From positions 65,298 through 129,297 of the forward strand of contig CAMCAZ010000002.1 of the NCBI GenBank assembly GCA_945872795.1: a DNA stretch of 64,000 nucleotides, read 5' to 3'. Source of the stretch: Chryseobacterium gleum. Lineage in GTDB: Bacteria > Bacteroidota > Bacteroidia > Flavobacteriales_F > PHOS-HE28. Each line of letters opens with the position of its first letter. The stretch's first letter is position 1. The notes under the pieces are model-generated. The model searched no databases. It was not told the origin of the DNA and saw only the letters and a program-made list of their open reading frames with translations. Below, one piece after another: positions 8,632 to 16,455 of this stretch. The position numbers were made by a program, and so were the translations under genes.

Positions 8632-10428
8632 TTACTGGAGCGTTACACGCTCGGTCAGGGTGCCACGCTCGTTGAAGATACGAACGGTGTATACGCCCTT
8701 GGCCAGTTCGCTCAGGTCCATGGTGCTCGTGCCATTGATACGGGCAGTGCGCACCAGTTCACCGGTCACGTTCATCACGTCCACGTTGAAGACCTCGTTC
8801 TCCGACGTGCGGATGTTCACCAGGCCGTTCGTCGGGTTCGGGAACATGCTCACACCCTCCAGGGCGTTGTTCTCACCCACGCTGATCTGGATCGGCTCCG
8901 TGATCAGACGCACGGCAGATGCCACACCATTGGTGTACAGGTTATCGTTCGGGATGTAGATCAGGCTGCCTCCGCCAGGCTGGGGAACGGTCTGGTCATC
9001 CAATACACGGATCGTGCCTGCACCGGCATTGCTGTTCAGGATGACATTGGCGTAGTAGCCACCAGGCTGAAGCGTGAAGGACGAGTTGAACAGGACGCGA
9101 ATGGCCCCGTTGTTCAGGTCGCTCTGCACCAGGTCATAGGTCTCGGTCTCCGCGATCGGGTTGTTCAAGATCGGTGTGGCGGCGAACACATCGGCGGTGT
9201 CGAGGATGTTGGCCACGATGAAACCACCGAGCACAGTACCGTTGGCAGGGATGATCTCGATGCCGTACACATCCAAGGGAGCGATCACCTCATAGTAGGT
9301 CATCACTTGCAGGCCGTCCTCAGCTCCTTCGAAGCTGTTGGTGCCCAGTGAGTTCAGTACCTCGTAACCTTCGGGGTGGTTGTCGATGCCATCGAGGGAG
9401 TAACGGTCCTCCGAGATCGCGAAGGCACGCAGGAACACGTTGTTCGCCAAGTTGGCGTCCTGGTCGTCTTCAGCGCTGGTGGCGGTGAAGGTGGCCGTGT
9501 AGACACCCGTGGCCAATGCGGGCAGGGTCAGGTCCTCTTCCAAGGACCCGGTTGCACCGGAGGCCAGGCTGGCCACCGTGGTGGATGATGTGAAGACCAC
9601 TTCATTCGCAGTGTTGCGGACCTCCATTACCACGTTCACGTCGGTGAGCTCACTGGCGCCGTTGTTCAGGAAGGTGCCACCCACCAGCATGGTGGGGTTC
9701 AGCTGGCTGGCAGGGATGCGGCCGTACTCCTCACCGGTGCCGGTGTGGGTCAGGTAACCGTCCACCATCACCAGGTCGTAGGGGACCTGTTCTGCGATGC
9801 ACACATCGTCCACCATCCAGGCGTAATCGCAACCGCCCACATAGCGGAAGCGCACCCATACGGAACCTTGGTTGCCCGCAGTGGCGGAGATGTTCAGCTC
9901 GAACAGTTGTGGGTTGGCGGTCGCGGCGTTCACAGCCACGTTCTCGTTCACGGCGTATTCTGTCCACGTGCTTCCATCATTGCTGACATCCACGAAGCAG
10001 AAGCCCTGGAATGCACGATAGTACTGCTCGAACTGCAGTACCACGTTATTGACCCCTTGCAGGTCAACGGGGGTGGCCATCTGCACGAAGGCGTTCTGGC
10101 TGCCGCTGCAGAGCAGGTCACTGTCGAACAGCGCAAAGCCGTTGGCAGCGGTGGTGGAGGCGATACCGGCGATGGCGAATGGTCCATCGGGGACCGTAGT
10201 GCCGATCACCCAGCTATCGGTGGTACCATCCAAGGTGCCGAGCTCCCAGTTGGCAGCGTTGGAGAAGTCGTCGCACCAGATCGTGCTGCCACGCTCTGAG
10301 CTTTGGGTGGCCACCCGGTCCATGGTGGGCTTGTAACGGTATTCCAGCGGAAGCTGGCTCTTGGACTGCGCCATCACACCCGTTCCGGTGATCAGGAGGC
10401 CCAAGGCGGCGGAGTACACTTTTTTCAT
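8632..10428 (-). CDS. T9SS-secreted protein, paralog A: signal peptide, MAM/choice-of-anchor-J-like N-domain and Por C-terminal sorting domain
   Basis: Signal peptide MKKVYSAALGLLITGTGVMAQ. The N-terminal domain ends in RFRYVGGCDYAWMVDDVCI. The C-terminal ~75 aa (FPNPTNGLVNIRTSENEVFNVDVMNVTGELV...GVYTVRIFNERGTLTERVTLQ) is a type-A T9SS CTD. Confidence 0.75.
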   Translation of the reverse strand: MKKVYSAALGLLITGTGVMAQSKSQLPLEYRYKPTMDRVATQSSERGSTIWCDDFSNAANWELGTLDGTTDSWVIGTTVPDGPFAIAGIASTTAANGFALFDSDLLCSGSQNAFVQMATPVDLQGVNNVVLQFEQYYRAFQGFCFVDVSNDGSTWTEYAVNENVAVNAATANPQLFELNISATAGNQGSVWVRFRYVGGCDYAWMVDDVCIAEQVPYDLVMVDGYLTHTGTGEEYGRIPASQLNPTMLVGGTFLNNGASELTDVNVVMEVRNTANEVVFTSSTTVASLASGATGSLEEDLTLPALATGVYTATFTATSAEDDQDANLANNVFLRAFAISEDRYSLDGIDNHPEGYEVLNSLGTNSFEGAEDGLQVMTYYEVIAPLDVYGIEIIPANGTVLGGFIVANILDTADVFAATPILNNPIAETETYDLVQSDLNNGAIRVLFNSSFTLQPGGYYANVILNSNAGAGTIRVLDDQTVPQPGGGSLIYIPNDNLYTNGVASAVRLITEPIQISVGENNALEGVSMFPNPTNGLVNIRTSENEVFNVDVMNVTGELVRTARINGTSTMDLSELAKGVYTVRIFNERGTLTERVTLQ

Positions 10429-10615
10429 GGGTACAGAGTTCGTTTAAGTTGGTCGGATCTCGGGGTAAAGATAACCGATCGGCACACTTTTCTCGAGCCG
10501 AGGAGATACCGTTCCCTGCTCCAATGCACCCTTCCTGCAACACAGGTGGGTGTCTATGCACGAAGCCCGACCGGGCGGAGGACCGCTCGATCGGGCTTCA
10601 TACTGTAAGCTCAGC

Positions 10616-12400
10616 TTACTGCAGTGTGATGCGCTGGGCCGAACTTCCGTTCGTCCCCACCACACGCAGGGTGTATACCCCTTTGGCAAGTCCGCTCAGG
10701 TCGATCGTGTTCGAGCCTTGGACCGTGCTGTTGTGCACGAGCTCACCCGCCACGTTCAGGACCTCCACCACTTGGGTGTCGTTCCCGGACACCCGGATGT
10801 TCACCAGACCGGTGCTCGGGTTCGGGAAGACCTGGGCCAGTGTGCTCGTTGCCGTTTCGCTGACACCGCTGTTGATGGGCTCGGTGAGCAGACGGATCGC
10901 AAGGGCATTGCCGTTGGAGAACACCTGGTCGTTCGGGATGAAGATGGCGCTTGCCACGTTGGGCTGGGGCACCGTAAGGTCGTCCACGACGCGGATATGA
11001 CCGGCTCCGGCGTTGCTGTTCATGGTCACTGCCGCGAAGTAGCCACCGGGTTGTACGGTCGTCACGTTCGGGAACAGCACCTGCACCACACCCGAGGAGA
11101 CGTTCTCCGCATTGATGTCGTAGGCGTCGCTTTCCACCACCGGGTTCGTGAACAGGGGAACGGCGGCGAACACATCGGCCGTGTCCAGGATGCTCGTCGT
11201 CACGAAACCGCCCGTGACCGTCGCGGATGTGATCAGGAATTCGATGCCGTATACTTCCACCGGCTCGATGACCTCATAGTAGGTCATCACCACGAGACCG
11301 TCCTCACCACCGTCGAAGGAATTGGTGCCCAGCGAACCCAGCAGCTCCGTGCCGGCCGGGTGCAGACCCACGGCATCCAGGGAGTAGCGGCCGCTGTTCA
11401 CTTCGAACACGCGCACTTTGGCGTTGTTGGCCGTGTTGGCATCGCTGGCCTGTTGATCGCTCGTTACGGTGAGCGTGGCGGTGTAGAGTGCATCGTCCAG
11501 CGCAGGCAGGGTCACGAACTCCTCCATGAAGAAGGAGGTGTTGGCGGCCAATGTCCCGATGTTCGTGGTGGCGGTGAAGGCCACGACGTCGTCGGGGTTC
11601 CGCACTTCCATGGTGGCGACCACGTTGGTCTGTTGCTGCGAACCGTCGTTCTTCAGTTCACCGCCTACCAGCATGGTATTGTTCAGCTGCGATGCAGGGA
11701 TCCGGCCGTACTCCTCACCGGTGCCGGTGTGGCTCAGGAAGGCGCTCACGGCGATCATGTCGAACTGGAACTGTTCCACAACGGCGATGTTGTCCACCTG
11801 CCAGCCGTAGTCCCAGCTGGCCTCGTAACGGAACCGGAGCTGTACGTTGGCAGGGTTCACGGCCACCCAATCGGTAATGCTCACCTCCACCACTTCAGGG
11901 TTCGGGCGGCCTTCGCGGCCCACCCCGTCATTGATCTCCACTTCGTTCCAGGTGGCGCCGCCGTCGGTGCTCACGCCCACGAAGGTGGCATCGGCCTGGA
12001 ATTCCTGGAAATACTGGTCGAAACGCACACGCAGGTTCGTCGGGGCGCTGGACAGGTCAATGACGGGTGAGATCAGCGAGGCATTGGTCTGCTGGCCGCT
12101 GGTGCCATCGAAGTCATCATCAATGATGGCCCATCCGCTCGGCGTGCTGGTGTTCAGCGGGGGAACAGGGTAGGTGGAGGACGTGGTGCCCGGTCCGACA
12201 TCCGTCCATTTCCAGTCCACCACACCCACTTCGGTCACGGACGACCAGCCGTTCAGGTCAGCATCGAAGGACTCGGAATAGAAGGAAACACCTTTCTGGT
12301 GTGCATTGGCCACGTTCGTGGCTGTACCATGCGTTCGCACCTGCTGCGCGAAAGCGAGAATGGGTAGGACAAGGGCAACTGCAGCGTAGATCTTTTTCAT
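10616..12400 (-). CDS. T9SS-secreted protein, paralog B (same architecture as A)
   Basis: The true start is MKKIYAAVALVLPILAFAQ (Met41 of the ORF). It shares with A the blocks SHTGTGEEYGRIPASQLNNTMLVGG, GLVVMTYYEVIEPVEVYGIEF, TSILDTADVFAAVPLFTNPV and the CTD FPNPSTGLVNIRVSG...GVYTLRVV...RITLQ. Confidence 0.75.
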   Translation of the reverse strand: MKKIYAAVALVLPILAFAQQVRTHGTATNVANAHQKGVSFYSESFDADLNGWSSVTEVGVVDWKWTDVGPGTTSSTYPVPPLNTSTPSGWAIIDDDFDGTSGQQTNASLISPVIDLSSAPTNLRVRFDQYFQEFQADATFVGVSTDGGATWNEVEINDGVGREGRPNPEVVEVSITDWVAVNPANVQLRFRYEASWDYGWQVDNIAVVEQFQFDMIAVSAFLSHTGTGEEYGRIPASQLNNTMLVGGELKNDGSQQQTNVVATMEVRNPDDVVAFTATTNIGTLAANTSFFMEEFVTLPALDDALYTATLTVTSDQQASDANTANNAKVRVFEVNSGRYSLDAVGLHPAGTELLGSLGTNSFDGGEDGLVVMTYYEVIEPVEVYGIEFLITSATVTGGFVTTSILDTADVFAAVPLFTNPVVESDAYDINAENVSSGVVQVLFPNVTTVQPGGYFAAVTMNSNAGAGHIRVVDDLTVPQPNVASAIFIPNDQVFSNGNALAIRLLTEPINSGVSETATSTLAQVFPNPSTGLVNIRVSGNDTQVVEVLNVAGELVHNSTVQGSNTIDLSGLAKGVYTLRVVGTNGSSAQRITLQ

Positions 12401-12574
12401 GCTTGAGAGGGATTGGAGTGACGAATATAGATCTCTCCGCCGCTGTCCCGGATGCAAAACCATCCGCTGTTCACCACGGACCGGACCGTTCGCCCCCTTA
12501 CTCTGCTTCCCGTGCACCACGAAAAAGCCCCCGACACCTTGCGGTGCCGGAGGCTTTATACTGATCGGTCAGAA

Positions 12575-14440
12575 TCACTGCAGCGTGATACGCTCCACCA
12601 TGCTGCCTTCAGCATTGTAGATGCGCACCATGTATACACCCTTCGCTTCACCGTTCAGGTCGAGCGTAGTGCTGCCGTTGAAGGTACCCTGGCTCACCAC
12701 CTCGCCGAGGAGGTTGGTCACTTCCACGCTGTAGACACCGGCGTTCTCCGTGCGCACGTTCACCAGTCCGTTCGTCGGGTTCGGGAACATGGTCACACCC
12801 TGCAGCACTTCCGTGTCGTTGACACTTACGTTCTGGGTGAGCAGCAAACGGATGGACATGCCATTACCATTGGTGTACACCTGGTCGCCGGGGATGTAGA
12901 TCACGGTCATGGCGTTCGGCTGTGGAACGGTGGCATCATCGAGGATGCGGATCTGGCTGGCGTTCTGGTTGCTGAACAGGGTCACAGCGGCATAGTAACC
13001 GTTGGGGTTCAGCGCAACTGGAGCGTTGAACAGCACGCGCACCCGACCGGCAGCGATATCAGCCGCAGTGACGTCGTACGCATCGCTCTCTGCGATGGGG
13101 TTGGTCACCACGTTGGCGAACACATCGGCGGTATCCAGGAGGCTCACCGTCACATAACCACCTACCGTGGTGGTGGTGGTGGTCAGGAACTCGATCCCGT
13201 AAACCGTCAGGGGCGAAACCATTTCATAGTAGTTCATGATCGCCAGACCATCAGCAGCGTCGGTGAAGCTGTTGGTGCCGATGGAGCTCAAGATCTGGTA
13301 GCCTTCCGGGTGGTTGCCGATACCGTCCACGGTGTAGACGTTGTCGTTCACCTCGAAACGACGCAGGAAGGTGTTGTCCGATGGGTCGTCATCGGGGGTA
13401 TCAGCGCTGACCGTGAAGGTGCCCGTGTAGAGACCGTTGGCCAAGGAAGGAAGGTTGACGAACTCCTCCAAAGCATCCGTTGCGCCGGAGGCCATGACAG
13501 GGATGTTCTTCACAGCCGTGAACACCTCGGTGCCACCGCTGTTCGTCACGCTCAGGTTGATGACCACGTTGGTCTGCTCCACACTGCCCGAGTTGGTGAT
13601 ACCACCACCCACCAGCATGGTGGGGTTCAACTGTGCCGTTGGGATGCGACCGTACTCCTCACCGGTTCCGGTGTGGGTCAGGTAGCCATCCTCCATGGTC
13701 ATGTTGTTGGGGAACAGCTCCACCACCTCCACGTCATCGATCTGCCAGTGGTAGTGCGATGCGGTTGGGCTGTGCTTGAAGCGGAACTTCACGTTACCAG
13801 CGTTGCCGGCGATGGCGCTACTGATGTTGATCCGGGTCTCCTGGGTGCCGCTGTCATCATTGGCGTTGAAGATGCCCGACGTGGGGAAGGTGATGGGCCA
13901 TGAGGCACCACCGTCCAAGCTCAACTCGAGGGAGTGTGGGGAAGCGGCCTGGCAGCACCAGCGGAAACGCTGGGAGAACTTCACCTCCACGAAAGGTGAA
14001 GCGCTAAGGTCCAGCACAGGGGACTCCAAGGCGGCGTCCCACTCCGTTGGTGAAGGAACGATCACGGGTGGGGTGACACTGAAATTGGCATTGGCGGAAT
14101 CACCGGCAAAGATCATGAAGCCGTTGGCCACCGTGGGCGAGGCCACGCGCTGACCCGTGTTCGAGTAAGCACCGGTAGGGCCGTACAAGGTGAAACGCCA
14201 GATGTTGGCATGTTCGCCCGAAGTGGTCCATTCGCCGAAGCCATTGTTGCCGGACAGGCCGTTCGCGAAATCCTCGGAGAACACCACATCACGCTGGGCA
14301 CCGCTGGCCTGGCTGGACGTGTTGCGCACACCGAAGCTGTCGTCGTTCTTCTGCAGACGTGCAGGGAATGGGCTCGCCTGCTGTGCCATGCAGGTGCCCG
14401 CAATGGCCGTAGCCAAGATCAGGGAGTAGCGTTTGTTCAT
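12575..14440 (-). CDS. T9SS-secreted protein, paralog C (same architecture)
   Basis: The true start is MNKRYSLILATAIAGTCMAQQ (Met56 of the ORF). It carries the HWQIDDVEVV domain end, YLTHTGTGEEYGRIPTAQLNPTMLVGG, and the CTD FPNPTNGLVNVRTENAGVYSVEVTNLLGEVV...RITLQ. Confidence 0.75.
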   Translation of the reverse strand: MNKRYSLILATAIAGTCMAQQASPFPARLQKNDDSFGVRNTSSQASGAQRDVVFSEDFANGLSGNNGFGEWTTSGEHANIWRFTLYGPTGAYSNTGQRVASPTVANGFMIFAGDSANANFSVTPPVIVPSPTEWDAALESPVLDLSASPFVEVKFSQRFRWCCQAASPHSLELSLDGGASWPITFPTSGIFNANDDSGTQETRINISSAIAGNAGNVKFRFKHSPTASHYHWQIDDVEVVELFPNNMTMEDGYLTHTGTGEEYGRIPTAQLNPTMLVGGGITNSGSVEQTNVVINLSVTNSGGTEVFTAVKNIPVMASGATDALEEFVNLPSLANGLYTGTFTVSADTPDDDPSDNTFLRRFEVNDNVYTVDGIGNHPEGYQILSSIGTNSFTDAADGLAIMNYYEMVSPLTVYGIEFLTTTTTTVGGYVTVSLLDTADVFANVVTNPIAESDAYDVTAADIAAGRVRVLFNAPVALNPNGYYAAVTLFSNQNASQIRILDDATVPQPNAMTVIYIPGDQVYTNGNGMSIRLLLTQNVSVNDTEVLQGVTMFPNPTNGLVNVRTENAGVYSVEVTNLLGEVVSQGTFNGSTTLDLNGEAKGVYMVRIYNAEGSMVERITLQ

Positions 14441-14574
14441 TGTTCGCTGGGTTTTTCCGTTTGATGGAGAGCCGAAGTTAGGAGTTTCTTCTGATGGTCC
14501 GTTCAGTTGAGGTTCAAAAGTGGACCTCCGTTCGGTGACAGAGAAAAGGTATTGCTTGAGATCCTGAGGGCCGC

Positions 14575-16359
14575 TTAATGCACGATCGTGAACCTGCCGG
14601 ACCAATGCGACCCGTGGGTTCCAATGACCAGCAAGTAACTGCCGTTGGGCAGCACCTCCGTGTTCAGCTCACCTTCCCGGCCACTTGACCGGACCACAGA
14701 GCTGTGGGTGCGTGACCATTCCCGCCCCGTGGCATCCAGCACACGGACCATAAAGTCCGTCCCGGCATCAGCTGGAAGCGAGAAGTACAAGCGGTCGGAG
14801 GCCGGTGAGGGGAACACGCGCAGCAGGGAGGCCGCACGGTCGGGACCATCGATGCCCACGCCGTAAGCGCTGTAATGAAGGCGCACCATGGGAGACTCGC
14901 GCGGGTACTCCACCTCGAAGATCGATCCGAGCATCAGGAGCGATGCGCCGGGAGCATTGTTGCCACTGGTGGCGATGTACAGGCTGCCACCCTGACCCAG
15001 GAACTGGATGCCCGCGAAATGGTCGCCGGACAAGGTCGCCCCATTGACCAGCGGCAGGTATAAGGGGATGCCCGCACCGATGTTCGCCAGGTCTTCTTCG
15101 GTGATCGTATGGCGTTCCGTGGTATCCACGAATGCGAGGTTCGCATCGAAGAGGATGCCCCGCACCTGGGCACCGACCGTGGTCCCGTTCCCCAGTAGCG
15201 CACTGATGCCGGCCGGTGCGATCGGCAGGCTTACAAGCTCCATCCGGCTGCAGGCCACGAATTCCTCCTCACCACCCAGCAGTCCTTCGGCAGGTCCGGC
15301 CAGCATGGCCATCGCGCCATAGCGGTTCTCCCAACCTGCTCCGGTGATGTGGATGACGGACATCCCGGAATTGTCGTTCGTGTCGTCGTCCGGGCCGTCG
15401 GCTGTGCCCAGCATGTTCAGGTCGACAGCACCCAAGGCTGTCGGCGTCCAATCGGTGGGTATCCGCACCAACACCTCCTCGCCGGGCATCAGACTGTCCA
15501 CCACGGCACTCGTGAACGGACCGAACTCCTGGCCATCGTGAAGGATCGTTGTCGACACGGTCACATTGCGCAGGGTCCCGGTGCCGGAGTTGCGGACATC
15601 CGCCGATACGGTGAGCGCCTCCACCTGCTCCAAGGGGATCTCGGTGTAGCGCAAGGTGCGTTCAGCGGCGTTGAAGGGGGAAGGTGCCGGGTCATGGGGA
15701 TACACCGCCACGATGCTCAGGTCCTGCGCAAGCCGCTGCCTCACGCACACATCATCCACGGCGATGCCGCTGGCCCAGACCCCACCATCGTTCCACCGGA
15801 ACCGGAGCCGGGCCGAGGTCGATCCACTGAGCGCGGAAAGGTCCACGAACAACCGCTGCCATTCGCCCTCCACAGCGGGGATGGTCAACAACAGGTTCCA
15901 TGCAGTGCCGTCCGTGGTCCCTTCGATGATGGCCTCGCCACTGCCGAAGCGCTGGTCGTGGAACACCCGGCATTCCAGGACGTGGTCCGCACCGATACTG
16001 AGGTCCAGGACCGGCGTGGTCAGCGTCACATCCTCCATGGCGCAGTCGCAGGGAGCCGCGTCGTCGTTGGCCATGAAGAAGCGGTTGCCCACGGGCTCGT
16101 TCGGCACCGGGAAGAAGCCGTTGGTGTTCGCCTCCGATGCAGTTCCCGTGCGCCATGCGTCAACGAGCTCGCCACTGCCGTCCAGGCGCAGGACCTGGGC
16201 GCCGATATCCCAGCCCGCCGGTGTTCCGCCTGCACTGAAGTCCTCGCTGAAGAGACAGGCCAATGCCTTGTCCTGGCCCCTGACCGTGGTCGACGTCAGC
16301 AGCAGGAGGAGTCCCGGGAGGGTGGTGGACCGTAAAGAAGGGAATGAAGAAAGTGCCAT
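14575..16359 (-). CDS. T9SS-secreted protein, divergent paralog D (MAM/choice-of-anchor-J-like domain and Por CTD)
   Basis: Signal peptide MALSSFPSLRSTTLPGLLLLLTSTTVRGQ, the ARLRFRWNDGGVWASGIAVDDVCV domain end, and the CTD RVFPSPASDRLYFSL...GSYLLVIGTHGSHWSGRFTIVH. It lacks the nucleotide-identical blocks shared by A-C. Confidence 0.7.
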   Translation of the reverse strand: MALSSFPSLRSTTLPGLLLLLTSTTVRGQDKALACLFSEDFSAGGTPAGWDIGAQVLRLDGSGELVDAWRTGTASEANTNGFFPVPNEPVGNRFFMANDDAAPCDCAMEDVTLTTPVLDLSIGADHVLECRVFHDQRFGSGEAIIEGTTDGTAWNLLLTIPAVEGEWQRLFVDLSALSGSTSARLRFRWNDGGVWASGIAVDDVCVRQRLAQDLSIVAVYPHDPAPSPFNAAERTLRYTEIPLEQVEALTVSADVRNSGTGTLRNVTVSTTILHDGQEFGPFTSAVVDSLMPGEEVLVRIPTDWTPTALGAVDLNMLGTADGPDDDTNDNSGMSVIHITGAGWENRYGAMAMLAGPAEGLLGGEEEFVACSRMELVSLPIAPAGISALLGNGTTVGAQVRGILFDANLAFVDTTERHTITEEDLANIGAGIPLYLPLVNGATLSGDHFAGIQFLGQGGSLYIATSGNNAPGASLLMLGSIFEVEYPRESPMVRLHYSAYGVGIDGPDRAASLLRVFPSPASDRLYFSLPADAGTDFMVRVLDATGREWSRTHSSVVRSSGREGELNTEVLPNGSYLLVIGTHGSHWSGRFTIVH

Positions 16360-16405
16360 GGTCGGGGTGCGAAGGTACCGGTTAGGTGGACGGTCCGGAA
16401 AGGGG

Positions 16406-16439
16406 AAGGCCCCATGGTGTGGTCACACCATGGGGCCTT
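16406..16439. terminator. intrinsic terminator downstream of gcvP (perfect palindrome)
   Basis: AAGGCCCCATGGTGTG-gt-CACACCATGGGGCCTT: perfect 16-nt arms, placed 17 nt past the gcvP stop (16456) on the minus strand. Confidence 0.65.
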
Positions 16440-16455
16440 GATCCGCAGTTTCAAT

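Noticed and set aside
8632-16359. Possibility that the paralog array is a diversity-generating retroelement target or a CRISPR-like repeat
   Set aside because: No reverse transcriptase, template repeat or short direct-repeat/spacer periodicity is present. The repeats are coding paralogs.
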